A stretch of 63,578 nucleotides of DNA, filler included, from Intoshia linei (lineage: Eukaryota > Animalia > Orthonectida), in NCBI GenBank assembly GCA_001642005.1. It is 5 parts of 5 records of this genome, joined end to end, with 100 filler letters (N's around TTAATTAATTAA, not from the genome) between each part and the next. Parts side by side here need not be neighbours in the genome. Positions count along the whole stretch, not along the records: positions 1 to 30,374 come from LWCA01000360.1; 4 more parts are not named here. One strand, written 5' to 3'. The position numbers were made by a program, and so were the translations under genes. Shown piece by piece: positions 12,101-25,000 of this stretch (its first letter is position 1; each line of letters opens with the position of its first letter). The notes beneath the pieces were generated by a model. The model was not told where the DNA came from, made no database searches, and was given only the letters and a program-made list of their open reading frames with translations.

Positions 12101-15100
12101 AAATTCATTTTTGAAGACTTGGCAATGCACATGTCGTTAATTGAAAAAAATGATTCAAATATTCTTAAAGTTGCTTCAGTAGGACATTTAAGTATTTCTA
12201 TTCATTTTAATTATATCGATGGAACCAATTATAAACTTCAAATATACTTATCAAACGATTTATTATCAATTTGTTGTTGTTTGGACACTATTGGCCTTTT
12301 ACGTCAACTGATTTGCCACGTTTTTGAAATTAAAGTCGAAACTGAACCCAAATCTAATGATAAAGAAAAACATGATACGCAATTACCTAAGTGTGAAAAT
12401 GAAACCAAGACCAACATAATTTTCGATTCAAATGAGGAATACAATTCTGATTCATCTTCTGAACAAAGTTCCAAGGATGAATATGATAATGTAGATTCTA
12501 CATATGAAATACCTACTCGCGATGATTTAAAAAATGCTCAATTACAATCTATGGAAGAATTAATTAAATGTTTTGTGTCACCCGATATCACATTCATTGA
12601 AAATTTTATGGAAACTTCTTTAAATTCTTATTCACTCAACGAATATTCTCCTTCAAAAAATGCAGATTTATCCATAAATTTATCTTCCTTTTCTCTAGTT
12701 TTAACTTTGTTTGATGGGAATGACTTTCCGGTGTCAAATAGAAATAACAATCTTTCAGTTGGTCTCAAAGTTATGGGAATTAAATTACTTTACGAAAAGT
12801 ATGATCCTGTTCCAGCGTCAGTCTTGAATTTGGTCAAATTATCTATCGATGACATTCAAATTATAGACAATAATCCTTCTTCTTCAGTTTCCATAATACT
12901 TTCCAAGTGTCCAGTTAGAAATCAATCCAAAATTTCAAATTGCCAAATTTTTACAATGAAGTATCAATTACATTATAAACCGTATGATGATATTGTTAAT
13001 GAAGCTATTTTTACGTTTTCTATTTTTCCTCTCAAAATTAATATTGATCAGGATACTTTGACCTTTTTGTGCAATTTTTTTTCTAATGAAAATTTAATTA
13101 AAAATAATATTAAGTGTAACGGGAGAGTTGTTATTGATGATGTTTTGATTAATGAAATTGATCCGACTTTTAGTACGTATTTTAGGTTTGTTGAATTTTT
13201 ACCATCTATTGTGCTGCATATTAATTTTCATGGTAGACCTCTTTCTAGTAAAAGAAACAGTTTTTCAGATATCTTGTTGGGGTTTGCACAGTTGGCTTCT
13301 TCTAAAATTGTTCTCAAGAATCTGCAATGCAACGGGTATTTTTATAGTCTGTTTAGGTTATGTCAGGTATGTTAGGTATGTAAGTTATGGCATTATTTTT
13401 AAAAATTTATCCATTTAACAAAATCTTACTTATCAAATCCAATTTATCAACTTATACGAGAAAAACACCAATTAAGCAAAACTGTAAGGAAAAAATACAC
13501 TTTTTCAAATTTTTTTTGAAAAATCCAATTTTACCAAATTATAAGAGAAAAAAAACCAAAACTTTACGGAAATAACACACTTTTGTTAATTTTTATTAAA
13601 AAAATCCATGTTTATTTTTATTTTTTATATAAATACGATTTTACAGAATTATTGGAAAAAAACTCCAAATAACCAAAACCTTAGGGAAATAATACAATTT
13701 TCCAAATTTTTTTAAAAAAAAAACCACGTATATCTTTATTTTTTTGATAAATCCAATTTTACAGAATTATTGGAAAAAATACACTTTTATTAATTTTTAT
13801 TTGAAAAAAATCTAATTTTACCACACTTTACGACCAAAAAATAAAATTTAAATGTATTAATTTAGACTTTGTGGATGGAACGAAGTTATTACGTTCATCT
13901 TAAAGAGTTGGATGGATGATATTTTCAACAATCAATTATCCAGTGTCATTTCTAGTATTGAACCAATTAATCATGTTGCAGTTTTGTGTACTTTTTTATA
14001 TTCATTTTAACAAAACTTTCCAGGAAAGATTGACAAGCAATAATTAGTTTAGTAAATAATTTAGACTGAAATAGTGGTGTCAACTTTAAATATTTTATCT
14101 AACGTGCAAAAATTGACCAATTCATAACAACAATGATATTTTAATTTTTGATATACAGTATTCTCTCCATAACTCGCCAATTCTATTACTTAATAATACG
14201 ATTAATAATCCATATATCTACTTTATTTAACATTTCTATTGACCTTCAAATATTCGAACTTTAGGCGTATTTAAAAATAATCTTGAGGTGATTCAGAAAA
14301 AGTGATTATACCATCTTGTTTACTTTTAAATTTTACTCTTGCATTCAAAAAAAGTTTTCATTTTGTTGGACTGTGTTATTAGTGTGAAATAGTTTGGTCT
14401 TTAATTTTATGGTTAGTTCAAATTTACACTCTGCTCTCATAAAAAAGGAAGATTTTGTCTATCTTTTTAAAGATTGACAAGCTGGATTAAGTATTAAGAC
14501 TGACAGCTTTATAAATATTTGTCAAATGAAATATAATGGTGAAAATGTGTTAATATAAATCTTTTTATAAATTTTCAATCTTTTTCAACATAAATATCGA
14601 CAATCTGGCGGCTTATTTAAACCCAATAATTAAATGTAAAGTTTAAGTAAATTAATATTTTTATTTAAAAATCACATTATCTACCAATACCTCGATAAAT
14701 CTTATAAAGATAAACGTATGAATAAACGGTTTACGTTAATAATCGCGATTAATATAAACACTCTTTAAAACCCTCATAATATTTTGGCTAAAAAATACCT
14801 TCATAACCATCACCTTGTTTTGGTTCAGAATATAAATCTTTAAAACAGACTATTTTTCATAATATTACCACATTTTAATTATTACCGAAGTGCAATTTTT
14901 ATTTACTTACGTTATTTGTTAATTTATTTAATTATTGTTAAAATTTAATTTTTACTTGGCACGATAACATTTTATACATTATTAGATAAAGGATTGAAAG
15001 ATTTGATTGGAATACCAATTGAACAATATAAAACTGATGGAAGGGTGCTACGTGGTATTAGACAGGGTTCTGACGCATTTATATTATCATTGTTTGTTGC

Positions 15101-15340
15101 ATTTAATCAAATAAGATCAAGAATATTGGATATACTTCAAGTAATATTTTTTAATTTCATATTGAAATTGTATTTATAAAATTAATTAGATATTTTTCAT
15201 TTTATATTTAGTATTTTGCTGTTTCCACCTATAAATTAATATCTTGCAAAAACAGAAAACGTTTGGTCGCCATAAGACGAAAATTTAAGTACAAATCAAA
15301 GGAATCAAAACTTACTCAAGACAAAATGAGAAGTCTATAA
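9116..15340 (+). CDS. ATG2: Autophagy-related protein 2 (lipid-transfer protein); exons 9116-13335, 13866-13987, 14986-15140, 15212-15340
   Basis: Chorein_N-type start (LKRIVCDYILKEICGKFIK..LEGSAQITNIELD). C-terminal ATG2 motifs LTLFDGNDF, PLKINIDQDTLTFLCNFF, YFRFVEF, WMDDIFNNQL, GLKDLIGIPIEQYKTDGRVLRGIRQG. Confidence 0.93.
13420..13845. repeat. Degenerate ~30-bp minisatellite array in ATG2 intron 1
   Basis: Repeated units approximating AATTTTACCAAACTTTACGGGAAAAAATAC. Related arrays at ~26860-26960, 54700-54870, 58640-58780 and 59210-59440. Confidence 0.75.
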
Positions 15341-15559
15341 CTGTTTTATAATTTTAAATATGTACATTCTTTGAATAAAACAATAAAAAATAAATAAATT
15401 TTAAAGATCTATTATAAAGGGTAAATTAAAATATGATTACAAATTGCAACATTTTTTATTACAAATTTGCAATGATATTGTTGATATGCAAAGCATATTA
15501 TTCATTGTAAATTAATAAAAAAAATTAATTATGTTAAATTAAAATGTAGACTTTTATAA

Positions 15560-17870
15560 CACTCTTAATTTAAGTGGCAACTACTTTTCATGTGGAACAT
15601 CAAAAAAATTTTCAACTCCTTTAGATGGGTTAAATTTAATTTCTTTTATCATAATCTCAATTTATTAAATTTGAACAAACTTTCAAATTTACATTATAAT
15701 ATTCTTCTCTATTCGTAGATAATAAACTCAAAACAGATGAAAGGTTTTTTATCATTATTAAAATTTCTATAAAGAACGTAAGTACAGTTGCAAAGGCGGT
15801 TCAATGAGAAATTTGATAAATGAAATTTTGGTAATCCCAGAAATAATATTCTAGACTTAAAATTCTAATAATAATTTTTAAACGGTTAAAACTAAAAGTT
15901 TGCAAAATTTATTGAAATTTTTACATTTAAAGGTAATTCAAAAGTTTACAATTATTGACATTTTGAATAATTTTTATGACCCGTTAGAAAAATTTGTAAT
16001 TATAACAACTGAATGAATGAATCATAACTTGACCGTGTGAGTTAAATGCGATAATACAGTAGTAATGTAGTAAGTATTTATTTAAAATCAATTCAATTGA
16101 CAATTGGATATTTTTTTTTCTTTATAAGAAGTGATAAGGTGACCACTAAAGTAATGACTACCGAAAACGAGGAAATGTACAATAAATTGAGGTTGAAAAT
16201 TTGTAAATTGATCAAAGAAATATATTGCAGATTTATCATATCCTTACATATAATATTTATCGTAGAATTAATTAATTTTGGATCAAAAATACTTTGTTTG
16301 CAAAACTTTGTGTAATGTTTTGAATTGTAAACCCGCTCATACCCGTAGGGGTCCATATTAACATTTCGATTGTCGAGGAAAACTTCTTTCACATAGTCGA
16401 GTAGAGTTTGTTTTAACATACCCAAAAGCACACGTGTAATCATTTGAAATGCCTTGACAATTACTGTTGCGGGTTGGTACCAAATCCACTTTATGTAAAT
16501 AACAAGTTGTATTACTAGAAAGTTCCTTAGACGGTACTAAATACGTATATCCGTGATTGCAATGGGTAGTATATTTCATATCTGTTTTTTTGCATTTTTT
16601 AGACTTGATATATAAAGTATTAATGGTTAAATCATCTAATACTGTACTTATTCATATTTCACTAACATGAAATACATATCCATAATATTGCTGTCCTTTA
16701 ATATCAGATAAAAAGCTAAATAATCCAAATGAATCTAACAAATATAATCTAACATCTATCAAATGACGTTCTGCCTCCGTTTAACGATACAAATATATGT
16801 TTGTCACCAAACATTAATAAACAAGCTAATTTTCCCTCCATTATTATTATTATTTTATCAAAGAAAATACCACGGAAAGGTACTACCATATTACGTAATT
16901 CATCAAAACTGAACAGAATTATAAATGTGGCATCATAATAAAGTTTTTTTATAATATGCAAACCCATATCACGATAATCTATAATAACACAGTAACATGT
17001 TAAAACCTTATTTGCTACTCAAGAATCACCATAATCGTAAGACAAAAACATTTTACAATTATTATCTACACCAAATAGAATTGTTTGATGCTCATATGAT
17101 ATAAATCTAACATTTAATGTCTTTTTGTCATATTTGTCAATTCTCTTAAAATTTTTAAGGCTTCTGTCACTCACATAGTATCTGTAATCGTATGATTTTT
17201 TTTTTATGATAAAAAAATTTAAACAAATCTTTTAATTTGTTATTTTGTTGATTTTTCTTTGGTATCTAAAATTACAATTTTACCCATTGCACGCTCCTGA
17301 CACTGAAGTATGTTATGTTCCATGGAGAAAATGTTATATTTTTGAACTGACCAAGTTTTAATATATTAATGTAATTATATTATAATAATAAATAAGGCTA
17401 CATATTTTTTAAATGTGTATAAAATTTACTCTAACTTTGATACTTATTCTATTATGCAATATTTGAATTCCATTAATTTTTGTTTCATGGTTATGTAAAA
17501 TTATCGAGTTTTCAGAATCCTTAAAATTCATTTGCTTCATTAGCTCTGGTTTAGTAAGGATGTATTTTTTATTATTAATTCCAACTATACTAACAGTAGA
17601 CCAACTATAATGTTGAGTGAAATGTTTTGCCAGTAGATTTCGTTCTCCAGTTATCATATTATAAACGTAAAGTGTATCATTACCTCTTACATAAAAATAG
17701 TCCAAATTATATGAACAAATATCGATATAATATATATCAAAATTGTCAACTCGTGTTAATTCCGTGGAATTTGTATAAAAAACAGCATTGATATTGTAAA
17801 ATATCGTCAATTTTTCATTTTGCTTCATATAATAACTTTTTCATATATCTTTATCTTTTGTAGATATTAT
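15560..17870 (-). pseudogene. VPS10-domain (sortilin/SorCS-like) receptor gene, apparently disrupted
   Basis: BNR/Asp-box-like motifs FLSYDYGDS* and FVSLNGGRT. 10CC-like module KKCKKTD..HCNHG..TTCY..NCQG..DYTCAFGY..RLC, then GYERVY in another frame. In-frame TGA at the Asp-box Trp position and a frameshift. Confidence 0.65.
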
Positions 17871-19002
17871 TGTAATTCGTTTGCAAAATTAAGAAAAAAT
17901 ATAAAATAAATTTTATGGTCTAATTTAATGTTTTCGATGACTAGAAAAGTCACTGACTTATCTACAGTTACTTTCTTTATTACTCTGAATACCTCACTTC
18001 TTTCTCTCTTCAATTGGCAGAATTTTATAATTTTTCTATCTTGAAATTGATATATTTTTACAAAATCCAGTGTAACAAAAATGTAGTGCTTCTTTATCTT
18101 GAAGTATGGTTCAAAGATTTCAGTTTATTTCTGTTAGTTTACTTTAAATTGCAAACTTTTAACTTGAATAGTTAGTATAAGAAGTAGTAAAATATACATT
18201 TCAATATTTAAAAGAAAATATTCTATTTACATTTACAAATTAAAAAAATTCATATTTAGCTTTATTTTCAGCCCCTGCAGCGCCATGAAAATATTTTACA
18301 GTCCATAAAAATGTATGTTATACATTATATTGTGTAAGTCTGTGGTTTCCAGATTTTTTTCACTGCGGACCGGTAATAAACTAAAAAACCTATCGAAATT
18401 ACTAAGTAAAATTAAAAAAATTTGATAAAAACGTAATAAATTCACTATTAAATATACAATTGTAAGTAGTCAGTAGAGCTCTTCATTGACAGTTGAAGCC
18501 CCACCAAAATTTTGACCAATATAAAATAATTATTTACAAAATTATAATTTTACAATACAGAGAAATTGTAGTATTTTGGGCTGCACTGCAGCGTTATAAT
18601 TAAATAAACAGTGAATAAAATAAATTTAATCAACTACAATTATTTAATTCAGCACTAACAGTGCACTGTTTGCCACTTGAGATTCGTAAATTACCTTGTG
18701 TAATAGTCATATTATAATTCAATACATGAAACACAATTTTTAATTTATATTGAAAATGTAATACAATAATAATAGAATGTACTTTGCACTGCAGTTTGCA
18801 GCCCGAGATATGTGAATTTCAGTATTTAACTTAGACATTGAAATTCACGAATTATATACAGTCTAATAATCATATTACTGTTCAATGCATGACACATACA
18901 TGTTCTTACAGGCCCAGCAATTATTTTGTCTACTAGCCACTATTGAGTAAGATTTTATTATTGAATTATTTTTTCGGTAGAATTAAAAGAGTTCGCCCTC
19001 AA

Positions 19003-19108
19003 TAGAGTTAGGATGGTGTTTGTGCGAATTACATAACAGTCAAGCTAGTTATCTATCTATAACACAGTCATCTATAATATAGATTCTATATTGTATATGA
19101 CTAAGATA
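19003..19108. repeat. Duplicated segment (second copy 25655-25763) containing a Helitron-like 3' end
   Basis: tagagttaggatggtgtttgtg.gaattacataacagt.aagctagttatctat..gactaagatagttttaa is near-identical in both places. Confidence 0.8.
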
Positions 19109-19989
19109 GTTTTAATGACGATCTATTCCAGCCATTCTCAACGGGGTCCATGTGGATCCGTTGGAGTTCACAGAACTTTTTTGGGGGGACTTTTTGAAAA
19201 TTATATACATTTGTTACATATTATACATTTTCAGTAACATAAAGTCGTTTTTAAAACATAAAGGCCCAGAAATACTAATATAAAACGTGAATATATATAT
19301 AATTATATAAATTATAAATAAATATAAATAAAAAATAAAGCATAAAAATCATAAATAAAATATCTTATCTATACATTAATTAAATAATAAATAATTCATT
19401 TAATTCCGATTTATGAAAATATGCTAGTTGCTGTATTATTGTAATCATCCATCTTTTGAAGCGATTTGGAAAATAAAAAATAAAATATCATGTTGTTGAC
19501 CTGTGAGTCATACGCTGTAACTGTGAAGCTTTTGAAATAAAATAATAATTTAAAATATATAAGTTTATTATTATTGTCGGTAGGCATGCGTATCGAGCCT
19601 TCCTTAATATCTAAACTTAATCTTTAACTATTTTCAATGTAACCAGATATCAATATTATAATATTAGATACATGGATAGTTAGATAATTGTCAGACATTT
19701 CAAATTTAATAGTTTAAAACATGATATTTGTTGGTCCAGTGATGATTGCATATTCCAATTTGTAATTAACATTCACACCATAGGTATCGCATGAATGGTT
19801 GGTAACACAGACAATTGAAATAATGATTAAGACAAGAAACTTGTTTAGACTAGAATTCATTGCATTTCACTTTTACCTAATTTGATTTTAGAAGATTTGT
19901 TTCATTTTATTTAATATTTGCTATCAAATTTTTAAACCCCTATTGCAGTTAAGGTAAGTTATTATTATTATCATGTGATCAATTTTTTT

Positions 19990-21104
19990 TTCAGTTTTGG
20001 AATCTTTGCAAGATTTTGGATTCAACTTTCTATTGAAAATTACCAAGGTTATTTACAATTATTATTATCATTACATTATGTTAATATTATGTTAACAATA
20101 ATATATAGGATAACTAATGTCGGGAAATCTTATTTAAATTTTCTGAGTTATTTAATATAATAACTTGTATAAAATTGTGATAGTGGCTGACACTTTGAAT
20201 TATTTTGATGCTGATAATGCTGAAATTGGTAAATTTTTAGCGTATTTAGAGATTTTAGTTAAAGAAGTTTTAAAGAAATTTTTTATTACCAAATTTTAAA
20301 GAAGGTTTTTATAGAAATCTTGTATAAATGAGTTTTTTGTCTTGTTATTATTCCGATACAATCATCAATGGAATGTAAAAATATTATGTTTGAAAGTGAT
20401 TACTTTGACATGTCTGATAAATTATCAGTGATAATATTGATAATGTTGTTAATTTAAAAATAGTTATAGATTAACTTGAGATATTAAGGTAAAGCTCAAT
20501 GCGGATACCTATCGACAATGTTGACCAAAAAAATTTCAGCTATTTAATGATATGCATTTCATACAGATCTTGGAAAAAAGTTTTCATTTGGTTGACCAGT
20601 GTATATTGATTGTCGTTTATTTATCATAATTAATTTTTTATATAGATAAAATCACACATGGTGTAATTAACAATATTGAATGCGTAGATTCTGCAAATAT
20701 GATTATAGACACCCGACAAAATCAATGTTTCGTAAAAAATTAACATAAAATGTGTCATATGCTTTTAGCAACATCTTCAGTACCAGGTTTATTATTATTG
20801 TAAATTATAACAATTTTTAATGTTTTGGCGAAATTCTATAAATTTGATTTGTTTTTTTGGTAATAAAACACTTCACAATTTTTGTCTAGGTCAGTGTGTC
20901 CCTGAAATTTATTTTTACAGAATTTAAATTAAGTTTAGATTACGCAGCATGGAGACTTAGCACGAAAGGGACATGGTTTATACAATCTTTAGTTAATTTT
21001 CTCACTAAATATGCATATAATCATCACTTGTTGGATATTCTTACTTTAATAATTTTATTTTAAATTATGTAAACTAGCGTGTCTGTTTGTACTTTGTACA
21101 ATAG
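19990..21104 (+). pseudogene. Caspase-like pseudogene
   Basis: Small-subunit motif across an intron: HMLLATSSVP/DYAAWRLSTKGTWFIQSLVNFLTKYAYNHHLLDILTL. Degenerate catalytic region DLGKKFSFG*PVYIDCR and linker ECVDS. In-frame stops present. Confidence 0.65.
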
Positions 21105-21299
21105 TTAACTTTTACTACTTTTCTCAACTAAAAAAAGTATATTTCAGTAGCTGGGTATTTTCCTATGCTTAACAAAATGATAAATGTTTTTTAATTTCGT
21201 AGAGAATAACCCTTGCGTATTTACCATTTATCAATAACCTTCAAAAAAATAAGAATGAAATTTATTTCAGATAAAATTAGTAAGTTATCATCAATATTT

Positions 21300-22200
21300 G
21301 TATATCTGTAGCCCTGGAATGGCGGGACTTTGATTATTTCTAAGTGCACTGCAACTTAACTATTACAACATCTGTCCCAAGATTCGACGGAATGATAATA
21401 TGTTTATCGTTGAGGATACTGATGCTGCTATCCGAATTGAGAGGAAAACATTAGACTTCTTCGAATTTTTTTTATTTCATTTGCTAAATTTTAATAACGG
21501 ACAATTGTAGGAAATGTTTCAATCTAGCTTACAATTGTAACAGCTATTTTTCCGCCACTCCCCGCTAAATGGTTTGGAGTATTAGGATTTACCATTAATA
21601 GAGAAGGATTGATGGATGAAGACATACGCCAAATTTGTTTACATGAATAACACATGATATCTTGTATTTGCTGCAAAGGTGGATTGACGTGTTTCTGCCA
21701 AGGATGCATGTTTTGAGATTGATTCCATTTCATCTTGCTAGAGGTAAACTGCTTACTTCTTGCAATTGTTAATGCATCTTTTAAAGAATACAAGCATCTG
21801 TTTCGCCAACTGCTCAGCCTTATATATGAATTAGTCTCAACATTTAATTTATTCCTGATTGTTTGAGGGAATTTATAAATGAGTTCTTACTCACACAAGT
21901 TACCTACATGTATATCGTCCATTTCATGAAAACTAGATTTCATACCGTTTTTCATAACTGCTAAAACTTTTGCTACGGAATATTTCTTATCACCAAGAGT
22001 CATGAAATCAAGATAACGGTTACCTAATCTATCACAGATACCGTTTTGAACTTAAAATGCCTGCAAAATATTTTTGAATCTTCTGCTATAATATTTTCAG
22101 ATCGATTATCTGTTCTATTCTCTGCCTCTGCTCTTTATCAACTGATAATATCAATGTATTGTTCGTTTTTTTATGTGACCATTGGCGTTTGTCGCCTTCC
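21300..22200 (-). mobile_element. Decayed LTR-retrotransposon gag/protease remnant
   Basis: SLKDALTIARSK followed by a degenerate zinc knuckle (IMCYSCKQIWRMS) and an aspartic-protease-like PLNSDSSISIL; many stops. Confidence 0.5.
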
Positions 22201-22939
22201 AGGTCAATCCACTTTGAGAATTCATGAATTCCGTTTGCCAGAAAAACTTCCCTAAAGAATTTAACTTGAGTTAATGATTTCTCTATTTGTGGCTATGGAC
22301 TTGAGATTTCATAATTTCATTCATCATATATGATGAATTGGCTACATTTTGTCTCAACTGTTCGTCTGTTTTAGTAATTAAATATTATCAAATTATTAAA
22401 GTAAATGAAAAATTAATAAACCTACAAAAAAAGTCTACAGGGTATATAGATATTATATTTTAAATATAATTTAATTATATTAATGTAATATAATTTATTA
22501 CATTAATATAATTAAATTGGTCTTAACGTTATCTAATATAAAATTATATTTTCTTTTGATAAAGTAATTATTATATTCGATGTACAAACCATTGCATTCT
22601 TATTTCAATATAGTCAAAGAACTCTATTAACCCTTTCATACATTTAGACGAAATTTAAAAGTTTATCTTAAAATCTAAGATTTTTATAATCTCCATGTTT
22701 TATGTCAAAGTATAATAGGGTTGATAAGATTATCTGGACGTTTTTTAATTTGTTGACACCGTAGTCAATAATATAAACATAGAAGCAAAATAGTACAAAG
22801 AAATAATGAATTAAATAAAGCTTTTACATATTTAGATTAAGAATGTATATTAACATCGTATCGATTTTGACCAGATTTTTAAAGAACTTGAATTGAAATA
22901 AATAACTAGATTTTAACGATTTAATCTATTTGTTGTTCT

Positions 22940-23420
22940 AAAAAGCACGTTGTGCTTGTGTGAGAGTTGGATCAGTAGTCTCAACAGTTTCTGGAACTGT
23001 AATAGTCGTATCAGGATTCTTGATCTTTTTATTTCCTCATCCTCACCTCGAAAAATGTTATTGTTACTTACTGATAACTACATTGTAACGATTTACTCTA
23101 TGTATTGTTATCACAGGCAGGTTCTGCCGGTGTGGTCGTTGGTGTAGTAGTCTCCTCAGTATCAGCTACTGTTGCTGTTGTCGTATCAGATGACATGTTT
23201 TTTTTCTCATCATCTCGAAAAATTTTACCTATAATTTCATACAAAATCGTTGGGACAGTCAAAATTAAAATTAGTTTAATTAGTTAGAATTAATCAAAAT
23301 TAGTCTGAACAGTCTATGAGATTGTGATTGTTGTCGTAGTTGTTGTTGGCAAGTTCTTTTTCTCATCCTCATCTCGAAAAATTTTAATGCTACCCATAAT
23401 TTCATACAAAATATTTATTA
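22940..23420 (-). repeat. Three diverged tandem units encoding acidic and Thr-rich (mucin-like) peptides
   Basis: Anchor ttt(c)tcatc(c)tca(t/c)ctcgaaaaat recurs at ~23030, ~23200 and ~23357. Minus strand reads e.g. MSSDTTTATVADTEETTTPTTTPAEP and DTTITVPETVETTDPTLTQA. Confidence 0.65.
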
Positions 23421-24559
23421 AAATTACTACCTGCGGCCATTTTAATAATTATTAGAAATATTAAACAAACTTGAAATCATCGTCATACAAGTAAATTTTA
23501 ACCTTTGAATTATTTGAAATAAATATACTTGTATAAATATATGATGTGGCATTTTGATTAAGAAGAGAATTTGAAAAACTAATATTAAAAAGTTGTAAGT
23601 TTTAAGTTGTAAGTAAGTTGGGTAACCTATACTCACCATTAACTTGGATTTGTTCAAGGATACATTTAGTCCGTATTCAGCAGTCATTACGATTATATCG
23701 ATAATAAAATCTAATATTAATCCTTTATCACCGTTTCATATTTGAGAACAGTAGACATTGATAAATTCATCATACCGACTAAATTTATTGATACCATTTA
23801 GATTTACATGTTAATGATTATATTAAGACTTAAATTAAGTTTTAATTCAAATATTGAACGTCCTAATTGTGTGTACATTTTGCTGTCGTTTTATTTCATC
23901 GTAGATGAATAATTTTCTGAATAAATAGTTACACAGAAACGCTTTTCGCAAATTTTACTTTATATCAATAACGATAATTACTTATTATTATTATTTAGGT
24001 TAAAAAAGAAGTTTTTTTGAGAAAAATGATCAATAATAATATTCAATTGACACAAACTATTGAAAAATTAGACAAAAGATTATTTCTTTTTCCTGAATAT
24101 ATTAATTAACTTGTTTAAAAATTCATCACGTTCAATCATTAATAATTTTATAAAATTAATAATAATAATTTCGTACATTTTATATCCTAATAATTAAAAT
24201 AGTTTGAAAATTGCAATAAAACAACTTTAAGGTCTATTTTCTATGATTTCTTTTTATGTTATTTACAACAATATTTTTTGGTGATGATGGTTTTTTACTT
24301 GATAATTGTCAATTTAATTATTGTACAATAGCAGATAATCGTTTCGAGTTATTTTCTTGATCAATAAAAAAATTTCTGTAATTAATATTTTAAATGGCAA
24401 TACAATCATTAATAAATAAATATTTAATAAATTTTGAATCGAAAAAAATATACACTGTTGAGAGTCTTAACAATATTAAGATGTATTTGGTATAAACATG
24501 ATCATAACCAAAATTGTTATCATTGTCAAAATCGAATTGTTAGAATAGTTAGGAATTAG

Positions 24560-25000
24560 GAACTTCTCTAAACTACAAAAAACTGGAAATATACGTCAAT
24601 TAAATCTTATTAAAAACCATTTCCCAAGAATTTCAGATAACAAATTGATTAATGGGATTCTCACTGGCCCGACATTAGAAAATTATTTAAATCAGTGCAA
24701 TTTGAAGAATCTCTTACTGAAATAGAATTATCTGCATTACGTTCTCTAATATCCGGATTTTTGGGTAATACTCGTGATATTAATTATTCAAATTTAATTG
24801 ATGCATTTATGAAATCTTATCAAAAGATGGGATGCCTCTACAGTCCTAAAATGCATTTTCTCATATAAAGTTATTCCCTTCATATTGTGGTTCCTGGTCG
24901 GATAAACATAGAGAAAGATTTCACCAGCAGCTGCATATATATGAAGACCGATATAACAAATTACGTCCTTTAAATATGATTTGCGAATATATTTGGAATA
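24560..25000 (+). mobile_element. Chapaev(3)-type DNA transposase C-terminal remnant
   Basis: Frameshifted translation KNHFPRISDNKLINGILTGP/IRKLFKSVQFEESLTEIEL..GFLGNTRDINY..SYQKMGCLYSPKMHFL/..SDKHRERFHQQLHIYEDRY..MICEYIW follows the family pattern FPRISDAK..GPQIR..FLGN..MGCxMSLKxHFL..SDEHGERFHQ..ExRY..DYCW. Confidence 0.8.

Noticed and set aside
13420-13845. CRISPR-like array
   Set aside because: Degenerate tandem units without unique spacers, inside a eukaryotic intron.
17010-17045. TGA at a conserved Trp position suggesting an alternative genetic code or selenocysteine
   Set aside because: Intact genes use TGG for Trp and the Id gene ends in TGA; the locus has other lesions, so pseudogenisation is simpler.
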